The notes beneath the pieces are model-generated. The model saw only the letters and a list, made by a program, of their open reading frames with translations. It did no database searches and was not told the origin of the DNA. DNA of 63,197 bases, the filler included, from Octopus bimaculoides (taxonomy: Eukaryota), in NCBI RefSeq assembly GCF_001194135.2. It is 11 parts of 8 records of this genome, joined end to end, with 100 filler letters (N's around TTAATTAATTAA, not from the genome) between each part and the next. Parts side by side here need not be neighbours in the genome. Positions count along the whole stretch, not along the records: positions 35,826 to 53,346 come from NC_068988.1; 10 more parts are not named here. One strand, given 5' to 3'. A program made the translations under genes and the position numbers. Shown here piece by piece: positions 35,845-49,342 of this stretch (position 1 is the first letter of the stretch; each line of letters opens with the position of its first letter).

Positions 35845-36718
35845 ATAGTGGTGGGGAACGTAAGTAGGCATTAAAAATTAGTTATAAAATCCACATTTCT
35901 TTTACAAATGTATTGAAACAGATGATACATGTGATTAATTACATGAGAAAATGAAAGTAAATCTTCATATTTCAACGTCAGCTCCGTTGGCGTAGACCAG
36001 TTTCCTCAAAGTACCAGGATGAAATGAACAACCTTCTGAAGGACATCATCTTCGATATGAACGAGAACCTAATGAATCCAGGTCACCTAGTCCTCCAGTG
36101 AGCGAGGTTTTGTATTGCGCACCTCCTCTTTTGTGTAATCCCACATGTAAAAATCACATGGACTGAGATCTGGATTTCTTCGAGTTCTGGTGTTCCGGAC
36201 TTCTACGGTCACAGCCTTCGGTTTTAGCTCCTGCAGGGATTTCCACGGACGAAAATTCAATTCTTTATGCAATACGGTACGTATTGTGTGTTTGTTAATC
36301 CACTTTCACGAGCTGCTTGACGTGTTAATGTTTGCACTGTTGCCTCGTTCCGGCATTGTTGTCACGTTCTCTGCTGATCGGGATGTGGTTGGACGGCCAC
36401 TTTTTCTTGCATCGTATGAAAAGCCCGTGGTCATCAGTTTACATGACAACGTTTTATTATCTCTGAACGTTGCATGTTTACCTTTCTATGCACGTCACTA
36501 TCAAAACAATGGAAGTCCGCAGATCATAGCGTGCAACTCTCTTAGCTTCCTCCTGAACAGTCAACTGACCAGCCTTCGGGAAGGGAAGAAACAAGCCAAT
36601 AAGCAAATAATACATTCCCGTTAGTATTGTCTGTTCAAAAAGTGTTTTCATCATGACTTCAGCTATACTAAAAACTCTATAAGCAATTTCTTATACCTAG
36701 TTATTTTCTACCTACCCT
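35845..36718 (-). mobile_element. Internally deleted Tc1/mariner transposase remnant
   Basis: Minus-strand peptides LTVQEEAKRVARY, KSGRPTTSRSAENV and LHKELNFRPWK..QEL, then directly RNPDLSPCDFYMWDYTKEEV (SPDLxPxDF motif). Most of the catalytic domain is missing. Confidence 0.85.
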
Positions 36719-37418
36719 NNNNNNNNNNNNNNNNNNNNNNNNNNNNNNNNNNNNNNNNNNNNNNNNNNNNNNNNNNNNNNNNNNNNNNNNNNNNNNNNNN
36801 NNNNNNNNNNNNNNNNNNNNNNNNNNNNNNNNNNNNNNNNNNNNNNNNNNNNNNNNNNNNNNNNNNNNNNNNNNNNNNNNNNNNNNNNNNNNNNNNNNNN
36901 NNNNNNNNNNNNNNNNNNNNNNNNNNNNNNNNNNNNNNNNNNNNNNNNNNNNNNNNNNNNNNNNNNNNNNNNNNNNNNNNNNNNNNNNNNNNNNNNNNNN
37001 NNNNNNNNNNNNNNNNNNNNNNNNNNNNNNNNNNNNNNNNNNNNNNNNNNNNNNNNNNNNNNNNNNNNNNNNNNNNNNNNNNNNNNNNNNNNNNNNNNNN
37101 NNNNNNNNNNNNNNNNNNNNNNNNNNNNNNNNNNNNNNNNNNNNNNNNNNNNNNNNNNNNNNNNNNNNNNNNNNNNNNNNNNNNNNNNNNNNNNNNNNNN
37201 NNNNNNNNNNNNNNNNNNNNNNNNNNNNNNNNNNNNNNNNNNNNNNNNNNNNNNNNNNNNNNNNNNNNNNNNNNNNNNNNNNNNNNNNNNNNNNNNNNNN
37301 NNNNNNNNNNNNNNNNNNNNNNNNNNNNNNNNNNNNNNNNNNNNNNNNNNNNNNNNNNNNNNNNNNNNNNNNNNNNNNNNCTGTCCTCGTCTGTTGTTAT
37401 TTTTTGTATATTCTCCCA

Positions 37419-37462
<44 letters not shown>

Positions 37463-37489
37463 TATATGGGGGGGGGCGTGTGTGTGTGT

Positions 37490-37692
37490 TTGTGTGTATG
37501 GGTTTGTCCCCCAACATTGCTTGACAACCGATGCTGGTGTGTTTACCTCCCAGTAACCTAGCGGTTCGGCAAAAGAGACCGATAGAATAAGTACTAGGCT
37601 TCCAAAGAATAAGTCCTGGGGTCGATTTGCCCGACTAAAGGCGGTGCTCCAGCATGTGAACTGTCGAAAGACTGAAACAAGTAAAAGAGTAA
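37490..37692 (+). mobile_element. Family A SINE 3' half
   Basis: GCTTGACAACCGATGCTGG...GGCGGTGCTCCAGCATG...GAAACAAGTAAAAGAG. Confidence 0.8.
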
Positions 37693-39106
37693 GTAGGACA
37701 CATTAATATAATTTTTCTGAAATATTATAACAATATAAGAAGATGGAGGAAATTTATGTTGTCGCTTTTGTAGCAAAGTGGCTAAAAATAGACTACGATT
37801 TCTTAGAGTCGCATGGATCATAATGGGGTCATAAACTGTAGGGGTTGTAATTCATTTCATATTTATTTATTTATTTATTTATTTATTTAGTTATCATCTA
37901 TTAAATCTGAGACTACAAGACTGTGTATATTTTGAATAATAAACAAGAGTAGGTTCCCAGCTCATGGCTAAGTATGAACATGAGTATTATCATAGGTGTC
38001 CCTTTTCTCCAAGAGAACGGAAAACATTAGGAAGACATTAGGGAGACTCAGTTTGACAGATATAACTGTCTATAAAAAAGAGGAAGGCTAGGTGTAGACT
38101 TTAAATCCTGATATTAATTATCAGTTAAAGGGTCAAGACACCAAGAAACTTAAGATGCTAACAGAGGGAAAATTCATTTTGGAGACGATAAGGGGACCTT
38201 TATAAACAATATTGTTATGTTGCATGAAATAAAATTTAAGAATTCCAAAATGATATCATAACCAAAATAACTAAAAGAAATGGGTGTATGAATTATAAAC
38301 ATTAAAAGTATTAGATAGGAAGATTATGTAAAATCAATTTAATAGCCATTCTCGTACTTGATTAATTAATTCTTAGGTGGTTTCTATAAATACTACTTCA
38401 AGCACTTACATATGGAATATCTGGGAAGATATACATATTATCTATTAATTTTAATCCAAGAATCAGAAGCAGGATATTGAGATAATGGTAATACATAGAC
38501 GTATTTAAATAAAAATTTTAAAATTTAAAGTATAAAAAATATAAATACTCGAAAAATTTGCTGATATAAGTGTGTGTAAAGTGTAAAATGAATGCATACA
38601 GATACATATACAAACAGGGTTTGTTTTATGTATATACATGCACACCCACACACACAGACACACACACACGTATATATGTGCATATAAGCATATAGACATA
38701 AACACAAATGTTTATACGATTATCTGAAAATAGTATAAGTATCTTGCATAGACCTAAGTAACAGAAAATATCAATTTAAGAACAAGAAATATAATTTATA
38801 AGGGATAAGAGGTTAATAAGCAAGGATATAAAAATAAGAAAAGAAAATAATAAGAATTTATAGAAAATAATAAGAAATGTATATATACTACATATAAAGA
38901 GACAAGGTATTAAAATTAGAGGTAGGGAAAAGATAAAGGCAACCTGAAAAGAGGTGTTAATAGGTATGAAAGCAGTGAAGGCAGTTATAGGTATTCAAAC
39001 CGAAGAGGTTTTATAATTTGTAATATTATAGGTGTTATTGTAAGTATGATTTTATAGTTTCTAGTGGGTATAGATTTAGTGAAAGGGAAACTTACTTTCA
39101 AAAGGC

Positions 39107-39745
39107 CACTACAAATCTATATAATATGACATGTAGGTTAGAGCACCATAGAAAGGAAAATAGTGTAATTACCAATTTAGGATGAAGTGAGACTAACTAG
39201 GCAGGGGTTATCATGGGATTATATGATAAATAGCANNNNNNNNNNNNNNNNNNNNNNNNNNNNNNNNNNNNNNNNNNNNNNNNNNNNNNNNNNNNNNNNN
39301 NNNNNNNNNNNNNNNNNNNNNNNNNNNNNNNNNNNNNNNNNNNNNNNNNNNNNNNNNNNNNNNNNNNNNNNNNNNNNNNNNNNNNNNNNNNNNNNNNNNN
39401 NNNNNNNNNNNNNNNNNNNNNNNNNNNNNNNNNNNNNNNNNNNNNNNNNNNNNNNNNNNNNNNNNNNNNNNNNNNNNNNNNNNNNNNNNNNNNNNNNNNN
39501 NNTATAATATGACATGTAGGTTAGAGCACCATAGAAAGGAAAATAGTGTAATTACCAATTTAGGATGAAGTGAGACTAACTAGGCAGGGGTTATCATGGG
39601 ATTATATGATAAATAGCCACTACAAATCTACATAATATGACATGTAGGTTAGAGCACCATAGAAAGGAAAATAGTGTAATTACCAATTTAGGATGAAGTG
39701 AGACTAACTAGGCAGGGGTTATCATGGGATTATATGATAAATAGC
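39107..39745. repeat. 128-bp near-perfect tandem repeat (2-3+ copies, gap inside)
   Basis: Units at 39107-39234, 39503-39617 (partial) and 39618-39745; one substitution between copies. Confidence 0.9.
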
Positions 39746-39897
39746 ACACCATATAACGCAACACATAGCATATAACATGCAATGTAGTATAATCTTCTTA
39801 ATGTCTTATTTTCTTTCTCTTGGAAAAAATGGATATCTGTGAAAACATTCATGACCATACCTGGCCATGAGCTGTCAACTCACTATTGTTCATATTG

Positions 39898-40275
39898 AGT
39901 GGCTATGTGGTAAGTAGCTTGCTTACCAACCACAAGGTCCCGGGTTCAGTCCCACTGCGTGGCATTTTGGGCAAGTGTCTTCTACTATAGCCTCGGGCCG
40001 ACCAAAGCCTTGTGAGTGGATTTGGTAGACGGAAACTGAAAGAAGCCCGTCGTATATATGTATATGTATATATATATATCTATGTATGTGTGTTTGTGTG
40101 TCTGTGTTTGACCCCCCCGAACATCACTTGACAGCCGATGCTGGTGTGTTTATGTCCCCGCAACTTAGCGGTTCGGCAAAAGAGACCGATAGAATAAGTA
40201 CTAGGCTTCCAAAGAATAAGTCCTGGGGTCGATTTGCTGGCCACAGTAAAAAAACTGAAACAAGTAAAAGAGTCT
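39898..40275 (+). mobile_element. Family A composite SINE
   Basis: Head, core, microsatellite and 3' half present. Confidence 0.85.
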
Positions 40276-40555
40276 TTTAGTCTCAGATTTAGTAGATGAT
40301 AAATAAATAAATAGATTAGAAATGGATTACAACCCTTACAACCATATGATCTCGCTATGCTCCATGCGACTCTAAGCAATTGTAGCCTATTTTTAGCCAC
40401 TCTGCTACAATAGCGGCAACATGAATTTCTTCCATCTTCTTACTTTCTATTTCACAAAAATTATATTAATGTGTCCTACTGGTTAAAAAATGCTATATTT
40501 TGTGCAGCGCCCCGCGCTTTGTTGATTAGTATTTTTAGATATTATTTTATTCTTC

Positions 40556-41240
40556 TATTCTTTTGTTTGTTTCAGTCATTTCACTGCGGCCATGCTGGAG
40601 CACCGCATTCAGTCGAAGAAATCGACCCTAGAAACTATTATTTGTAACTCTACTACTTATTATATCGGTCTCTTTTACTTAACCGCTAAGTTACAGGAAC
40701 GTAAACACACCAACATCNNNNNNNNNNNNNNNNNNNNNNNNNNNNNNNNNNNNNNNNNNNNNNNNNNNNNNNNNNNNNNNNNNNNNNNNNNNNNNNNNNN
40801 NNNNNNNNNNNNNNNNNNNNNNNNNNNNNNNNNNNNNNNNNNNNNNNNNNNNNNNNNNNNNNNNNNNNNNNNNNNNNNNNNNNNNNNNNNNNNNNNNNNN
40901 NNNNNNNNNNNNNNNNNNNNNNNNNNNNNNNNNNNNNNNNNNNNNNNNNNNNNNNNNNNNNNNNNNNNNNNNNNNNNNNNNNNNNNNNNNNNNNNNNNNN
41001 NNNNNNNNNNNNNNNNNNNNNNNNNNNNNNNNNNNNNNNNNNNNNNNNNNNNNNNNNNNNNNNNNNNNNNNNNNNNNNNNNNNNNNTATATATATATATA
41101 TACGACGGGCTTCTTTCAGTTTCCGTCTTCCACATCCACTCACAAGGCGTTGGTCGACTCGAGGCTAAAGTAGAAGACACTTACCCATGGTCCTCTAATA
41201 TGAGGTAGGGAAGCAAGCTTCTTATTACACAGCCACGCCT
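40556..41240 (-). mobile_element. Family A composite SINE spanning a gap
   Basis: 3' half at 40556-40717; 5' half at 41087-41240. Confidence 0.75.
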
Positions 41241-41936
41241 GCGCCTGTATACAGAAAAATATATATTGAAGGTTTAAGAACTTCATCAATTTACATAATT
41301 AATTAAAAAAATATGACGTAATTGAAAAAATATCAAATTTGAAAATGGTGTGGATGGAGATATTACAATTCAAGCTTTTACGAATTGAAACGAACTACGG
41401 ATATATTCTCAATGAATTGAACATTTTCCTGTCGTTGGGAAAACAACGAAAGTCTAACGCTGTTGACAATACTCAAGGAGTTAGGAAATAACAAAATGAA
41501 ATTGATTCACATTCTTAGGGCGCACATGGTTTTAGTTTGTAGGCAAAAGGCAATGGGTTTTACTCACAGGAGTAACAAGTAGTAATATTCATAATCATGA
41601 AATTATAAAGTATCTTAAAACGAAATAGCACAGGTGGACCAACATTTTAAATTTAGATAACTAATCTACTGTATGGTGTATACAAATTAGTTTTAGTTCA
41701 TTGGTTTTTTTCTATTTTGAATAATATTTGCATAATTTACTTCGATTTTTAGTGCCAGACAAAGATGAGCAACCGTTCTGCTCACAACACTTTCACAGTA
41801 GTAAGCAATCACATAACCCCCAGTTCTTATTTGCAGGCTGATGGTTATTGTTTTTAATCAACTAATCACAATAATAAATGCCAAAACATTTCGCATTCAA
41901 TCATCATCGTTGTCGTCGTCGTCGTCGTCGTCGTCG

Positions 41937-42016
<80 letters not shown>

Positions 42017-42079
42017 GACCGAAATTTAAAAAAAAAACATAATGCACAACAGGGATGATTGCTTGTTACCAAGACTGCA

Positions 42080-43075
42080 GAAACTGAAATACGATTGACA
42101 TTATTACTGGTAAGGCATAAATTGTGTAAAAACAAAGAAATTCGTGCATGTAACAGAAGAAAAGCTATCTGTCTCCGTGACCACATGGGTAGAGCATATC
42201 TAATCCCTCCTGTATTCTTCTTTTCCTCCATGGATCTTTTCTTTATCACTCCCATTATATTTCTTTTACTTGACATGAGCACCCACATTTTCTGCTACAA
42301 CAATACTTGCTGCCTTGATCAAATTATTTGCGTCTGTGATATTTTTTCTTCTGTTGTATTTCAGGATTTCATTTACATTTTTCGTTTCCTTGTTCAATTT
42401 CCACCGCTCAACCGTTTTCAAGTTGCAAATAATATCGCCGTCTTTCTCCTGTAGCTTTGCTTTTATTCGGTCGTAGATTGCGTTTTGCTCATCTGTGATG
42501 TCACCATTAGTTTTATAGTCTTCTTCCAAACTAGCTGTATGTCTCTCATCGAGCAAGCTATCACTGTTCCTTTCCTGTGGTTTATCAGAGATTTCACCTG
42601 TTTTCTCTTATGAGATTACTTTTATCAGTAGGAACTGAAGTCTCTTCTGCTTCTGCTTTCCAATACCCGTCTTTTGATAGCTTCGAGTTCTACATCTGTG
42701 AATCAACAATCTGTTCTTCTCTGTTCCGTAAGTTGAAATAATCCTTTTTCACTCCATTGATCATATATACGTCCTTGGTATCTCCTAATCTGAGCACCAT
42801 TTTCATCTACAGGATTGCTCAAGTAGCAATATTCCATGACCACGGCATTGATTTGTTTGTTTCATGTACGCGGTGCGTGCTGGTACATTGCAGCAGTATC
42901 ACTGAGCCTGCCGGGTGCAATACTGTCACCATTAAGGGCTTTAGTTTCATTACCACCGTTACTCGCAATGCTTTGTTTTTCATTGACACTCATATGAAGT
43001 TTCGCAATTACCAGGGTTTTTATTGTGAACATCATCACTAGATGAATCATCAACCAGGATATAGCAAGATTCCAA
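42080..43075 (-). mobile_element. 5' portion of R4/Dong-like LINE ORF (TAA family), 3'-truncated
   Basis: KETKNVNEILKYNRRKNITDANNLIKAASIVVAENVG resembles the N-terminal NITetN.LiyAaA.VVae motif. Its start is homologous to 18777-19000. Confidence 0.85.
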
Positions 43076-43354
43076 CCACTTTCTTTAATTATAATAATAA
43101 TTNNNNNNNNNNNNNNNNNNNNNNNNNNNNNNNNNNNNNNNNNNNNNNNNNNNNNNNNNNNNNNNNNNNNNNNNNNNNNNNNNNNNNNNNNNNNNNNNNN
43201 NNNNNNNNNNNNNNNNNNNNNNNNNNNNNNNNNNNNNNNNNNNNNNNNNNNNNNNNNNNNNNNNNNNNNNNNNNNNNNNNNNNNNNNNNNNNNNNNNNNN
43301 NNNNNNNNNNNNNNNNNNNNNNNNNNNNNNNNNNNNNNNNNNNNNNNNNNNNCT

Positions 43355-43632
43355 TTCACTTCACTACCGAGCGCAGCTCTGTGCGCCTTGGGTATGTGCT
43401 GTGGTTTGCTGTGGTGCTCTTATGTTTACTGTATTGAAAGTGTTTTGCGTAGAATGTGTGCAGTACCCAGTAGTGCAATTTTCTGTATGTTATATATATT
43501 TGTAAGTCCTGGTGTTTTTGTTATGTATTTGTCTGAATAATTTTTTTATTATACCTAAGGCACCTACTATGATAGGAATTGTTTCTGTTTTTAGATTCCA
43601 CATTCGAGTTATCTCTATTTCCAGGTCTTTTA
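43355..43632 (-). mobile_element. R4/Dong-like RLE C-terminus and 3' UTR (TAA family)
   Basis: KDLEIEITRMWNLKTETIPIIVGALG, nearly identical to 17995-18156. Confidence 0.9.
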
Positions 43633-43649
43633 TTATGATTATTATTATA

Positions 43650-43684
<35 letters not shown>

Positions 43685-43912
43685 CACTGATATTAATTTC
43701 ATTTTTTACTATTTGTCTTTGTTAATATTTCTTTTGATCCGACATGAGTTGTGGCTAATTATCATTAACACTTTCGTGTTAGTACTAGGTTCCGGGACTA
43801 ATCTGTTAGCGTAGATAATTTGAGAACACTGCTTCTATAATTATAACCGTATCAATGTAGTCAAATGAGACAAAGAAAGAAACAAAAAAAATGTTATCAT
43901 CATCATCATCAA

Positions 43913-44020
<108 letters not shown>

Positions 44021-44094
44021 CAGTAGTTGTAGTAGTGGTAGCAGCAGCATCAGCAGCAGCAGCAGCAGCATCAGCAGCATCAGCAGCAGGATGT

Positions 44095-44400
44095 TGGTTT
44101 CGCTCTTGTTCGTTCTATTTCCTGGTAGGATTTATGAGTGCAGCGTGTTACTACCTGTTACCTTAGATATCCACAAGTTTTCAGCAGTCCTTCAAGTGCT
44201 TATAACTCTCTTGAAAATCCTCATTGCTGTCTCTAAGAGACAAAAAATCTGTAGGAGCTCCACGGGACATTCTATTCCAGTCTCCTTCAGCCATTTCTTT
44301 ATATCTTTGATTGCTGTTCCTAACGCACCAAATGTAGGCACGACCTTTCCTGTTCGCATACTCCAAGTTCTTCCTATTTCAAATTTTACTTGACTGTATG
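44095..44400 (-). mobile_element. Another R4/Dong-like RLE C-terminal fragment between TAA-type tracts
   Basis: EIGRTWSMRTGKVVPTFGALGTAIKDIKKWLKETGIECPVELLQ..CLLETA. Confidence 0.75.
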
Positions 44401-44509
44401 TTTTGTTTTTCTTCCTCTTTCTTTACGATTCTAGAACCAAAGTGGCATGTAGGGTCGATTATTGAGTGACTTCGCTTTTCCTCATCCACTACTATTATTA
44501 TCATCATCA

Positions 44510-44550
<41 letters not shown>

Positions 44551-44551
44551 G

Positions 44552-44850
44552 CTTACGCTCTTAGTTCAAAATCCGCCGAGGTCGATTTTGCCTTTCATCT
44601 TTTCGATGTCGATAAAATAATAACTAATTGATCACTGGNNNNNNNNNNNNNNNNNNNNNNNNNNNNNNNNNNNNNNNNNNNNNNNNNNNNNNNNNNNNNN
44701 NNNNNNNNNNNNNNNNNNNNNNNNNNNNNNNNNNNNNNNNNNNNNNNNNNNNNNNNNNNNNNNNNNNNNNNNNNNNNNNNNNNNNNNNNNNNNNNNNNNN
44801 NNNNNNNNNNNNNNCCCCCCAAAAAATTACTCGCCCTGTGCCAAATAGGA
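44552..44850 (+). mobile_element. Nin/Deu-like SINE (family B) spanning a gap
   Basis: AGTTCAAAATCCGCCGAGGTCGATTTTGCCTTTCATCTTTTCGATGTCGATAAAAT. Confidence 0.7.
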
Positions 44851-47534
44851 AACCATTATTGTTATTATTACTAAGTCGGAGAAGGATCACAGTTCTCGAT
44901 TTCTTTTCTTTTCTGGAATTTAAATAGCGAGTGACCACGGAATAAAAGGAGGATGAACCTCGGTTAATGGAGGTATTTGACAGACAGGAGACCTCTTGAA
45001 ATAATTCTAAAGACGGGATTCTCCTAAAGCAACGATAATCAGGTATTCATTTTCAACTGCGCGACTAATTTCTATCTGCTATACAAAATAGGTCACTGTT
45101 AAACATGTAGGAACCGTAAATATTTTGTCTACTTCATTTACGTACTAAATGAATGACGGCTGGGCAGCGTGACTCTCAGTATAATATAATGCGAAGTACT
45201 GCTATTGCAAAAGTGAAATTCGTTACCAAGTGGCTATGCGGAATCGAATCTTGATGCCTCCAGTCTCTGATTTTCTATAGTCATTAACAATATTCACTTC
45301 GAACGTATGACACGCGGTACACGCGCTTGACATAACGATTATCTCTGTTTAATTCAATTCATTTGATGACCGAGAAAGATTTATTTATATTTCAATGGTA
45401 TTTGAAAGAAACTAATATTTCATTATACGTATTTACAATATAAGAGTTAATTATATCAAGCAGAATATAAAAAAAAAAATGAAAAACAAAAACAGTACAC
45501 ATACAATTACGCTAACGCTAACTCACTAAATGATTCTTATATTAAAGCCTGAAAGAAAGATTGAGAAAAGTCCAATTCGATTTGCCGTATAAACAGAGAT
45601 TTAAGAAGTATTTGTATACACTGACAATTGTATTTGTTGGCAATAGCTTAAATTTAGACGAAATAGTCATCAAAGTTTACTCCATTCACTTATGTACAAA
45701 TTCCTGTTTATTATATGATGATACCGATATAAATAAGTCAGCGATTATTCGGCATCATCATTATAGGATAATGATAGCAACAGGATAATAATATTCGGGT
45801 TAATCAGTTGATATATATATACANNNNNNNNNNNNNNNNNNNNNNNNNNNNNNNNNNNNNNNNNNNNNNNNNNNNNNNNNNNNNNNNNNNNNNNNNNNNN
45901 NNNNNNNNNNNNNNNNNNNNNNNNNNNNNNNNNNNNNNNNNNNNNNNNNNNNNNNNNNNNNNNNNNNNNNNNNNNNNNNNNNNNNNNNNNNNNNNNNNNN
46001 NNNNNNNNNNNNNNNNNNNNNNNNNNNNNNNNNNNNNNNNNNNNNNNNNNNNNNNNNNNNNNNNNNNNNNNNNNNNNNNNNNNNNNNNATATATATGTAT
46101 GTATGTATATACATATATGCGTGTGTGTGTGTCTGTGAAAGAGAGAGAGAGTTATATCTGTCTATATATATCTACAATGTATTATGTATTCCACATACAC
46201 AGACTCACATACACATACACATATGTACACAGATATATTTGTATGTATATGTATGCATATTTTAAATAAACGAAAGATAACAAGGAAAATATAAGTCCAC
46301 TTATTGTCATTTTATATTTATTCCTGGAAGCTGCAGTAATATCAAACGCAAACAGAAGAGGAAGGCGGAATAAATAAGTTCTTCTAAATTGCATTCACAA
46401 ACTTAGAAAGCCATTTGTACATGAAATTTATATAATTCAGAATAAAGGAAGGAATTACCTACCTAATGAATCTAAACAATGATACGTTTTGAGACGACAG
46501 CATTCACAACTACGGTCACATTTGCCAGGGCAATTCACATAAATATTATATCTTTCAGATGTGTATTTATGCAAAGTTCTTCAAATGTTTGGACGTTTAT
46601 CTTGCAAATAATGAATTTGTGTCAAATCAAGATTTACAACTTGTATTAAATAGCAATATCTTAAACAAAGACTATATTTAACGTTAAACCGCTTCGGAAC
46701 ATGCACATATGCATATTTATATACGTATTAATACACATTTGTCTGTGTATGTGCGCGTATATCTATGTATCTGTATGCTTGTGTTAGTGTATCAAGTCGT
46801 GTGTGCAGTATCAAATAATAATATTTTCTGCAGTCTTCAAATAGCATTGTAAGACACGCATTCGTGTAAACCGACGTTTGCTTTATTAGAAAACTATAAT
46901 AAAACTTGAAATCAACACTTTAATTGCACTGTGGTCTCATTAAGCAACAGTATCTTATTAATATCGTTAATTCTATTCACCAGTTCTATTGACATTACTC
47001 ATAACCATCACTATATAACTGGCTAGATAAAAGAAACTTAAATATCTCACCTGAGCAGCGAGCTTATGTTTAAAGAACCCGTCCTTAAAATCAAACGTAG
47101 AATAAAAGACAATATCCGCAAGGAAGGAAATAGAAAAATGAGACAACAAATCACACTGTATCGCATATTTGATTATATTTCGCGTGCACCAACATAATCT
47201 CACCACTAACGTCCTGTGTGAATATACAATACATCTCTAAGAATGTTTTATCTTGCGTATCATGACTATAGTCAAGAACGATCATGGATCTCCATCTTTT
47301 CTGTCCCCAAAACAAAACAACGTATTAGAATGGTCTCATCTGCAGTCAACTGAATAACCTATGGAATATCTTCTCTCTGTTTCAGTGGATTTCCTTTCAA
47401 CTTCTCAGTTTTTTAGTATATGTTGAATGTTTTCAGTTCTCAGTGTTCAAGGAACGTAGCCCCTTACTATGGAAATGTTTAGACGTATTCATCTAAGGCG
47501 TTCGTCCTTTGTCCTTGTTCGTCCTTGCTTAAAT

Positions 47535-47950
47535 ACCTGAGACGCAACCATCTAAGAGACTGTTTTACAGCGATCTGGCACAAGGCAAGCGTGTGCAAGG
47601 TGAACAGAAAACGCCCATCAAGGATACACTCAAAGTCTCACTGAAGACCTTTGAATTCAACTCCGACACCTGGAAAATCCAAGCGTAAGACCGTCCTGCC
47701 TGGCGAAGCTGCACCAAGAGAGGTGTCACCTTACAGAAACAGAACTGGTTTACAGAGGCACAAAATAACCGCTAACTTCTTAAGTTCAGACCCAACTCTA
47801 CGCCTTCAGTTGCAGCATATCATCAGTTGCTGACCTGCGGCAGAGCCTTTCGAGCTCGTATAGGACTAATGCCATAGCCGCACAGAACGTGACCCGTCTT
47901 CTTTTCTCATGCGATACGCTTGGTCATTGTCAACGAAGGTGAATGAACTA
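47535..47950 (+). mobile_element. RTE (BovB-like) LINE 3' end
   Basis: KRLFYSDLAQGKRVQG..KDTLKVSLK..DTW....DRPAWR and TCGRAFRARIGL resemble the RTE C-terminal LPK.lfy.eL..GkR..G..K.R.kD.LK and C..CgR.fraRIGL motifs. Confidence 0.8.
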
Positions 47951-48034
47951 ATAATACAGGAAATAGGACGCATTCGGCATTCAGATATGTAACTACATCT
48001 CTATAACATTGAATAACTTTGTACTTCTTTGTTC

Positions 48035-48185
48035 CAAGTCATGCTTAACTGGTACTTATTTAATCGACCCCGAAAGGGTGAAAGCAAAGTCGACCTCGGC
48101 GGAATTTCAACTCAAAACGTAACGGCAGACGAAATACCGCTAAGCATTTCGCCCGGCGTGCTAATGTTTCTGCCAGCTCGCCGCC
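48035..48185 (-). mobile_element. Nin/Deu-like SINE (family B)
   Basis: Reverse complement GGCGAGCTGGCAGAAACATTAGCACGCCGGGCGAAATGCTTAGCGG...CCGCCGAGGTCGACTTTGC. Confidence 0.85.
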
Positions 48186-48494
48186 TTTCTACGACGGTAA
48201 GTACCACAACTCTATACATATACGTGTATGCACACGCACACATATGTATAAATACGTATGTAAGACTACAACAATATAAATACACGGACGCAAATACGTA
48301 CGAGCACACACACACGAACACAGGCACACAAACATACGCACGCACACACAGCCTCACACAGACACGCACACACAAAAAGTAGAGGCTGACATGTCTTCAT
48401 GATTTTGGCAAACACATCCGCGTTAGGTTTCTAAGTCACTTTTCCTTGTAAAGGTAGATAAATATGTATTCTATATATATTTAAAAGTAATATG

Positions 48495-48650
48495 GTAGCG
48501 AGCAAGTAGAATCGTTAGCACGCCGGGAAAAAATGCGTAGCAGCATTTCGTCCCTCCTTACGTTCTGCGTACGAATGTGCCTTTCATACTTTCGGGGTCG
48601 ATAGAGCAAGCAGAAGTTCAACACTTGGGTCGATGTAATCGACTTGCTGT
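48495..48650 (+). mobile_element. Nin/Deu-like SINE (family B), inverted relative to 48035-48185
   Basis: GGTAGCGAGCAAGTAGAATCGTTAGCACGCCGGG...GCCTTTCATACTTTCGGGGTCGATA. Confidence 0.75.
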
Positions 48651-49252
48651 CGTTGAGTCAAAATTTGAAACCAATATATGTATAAATAATTTATAAATAA
48701 TTTCATATGAAATCATTCATATATTATACATACACACACGTGTCACTCCTGTCAAATGATACACGACATATATAAGCACATATGTGTTAATATGATTGAA
48801 TACATGTGTTACGAATCTGAGAATATCTGGTGTAAGACAAGCGTTTTATTTATAGATAGTCCGTGAGCAATATGACTGTGCTAAGTTTGCGTCAATGTAT
48901 GCGACTGAACATGACTTATGATATCTATAATAAAATATGTTAGAGAGATTTTAATTTCATAGATCAGTAAAATTCATATGAAAAAAAGTATTAACTTCAC
49001 AGAGTATAAATTAGACAAAAATATAGAACACTGTTTTTCTTTCCAGCGGATCAGGCGCTATAACAAAACAATCGCCTAAGACGGAGAAAACTCAACGTAA
49101 TCGGCTTAAAACAACGTCTAAAATACTATATCTCTGTCTCGCAAACACATTCCATTACTTATATACAAACATATATGTGTTTGTCTTCAGATTTGCGTCT
49201 GTATGTCAGAGTGTGTATGTACATCTATATCCAAACACACTCACGCGCGCGA

Positions 49253-49342
<90 letters not shown>

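Noticed and set aside
46340-46376. Possible next T-box exon (RNIKRKQKRKAE*) after a CAG
   Set aside because: Weak acceptor and an immediate stop; indistinguishable from chance.
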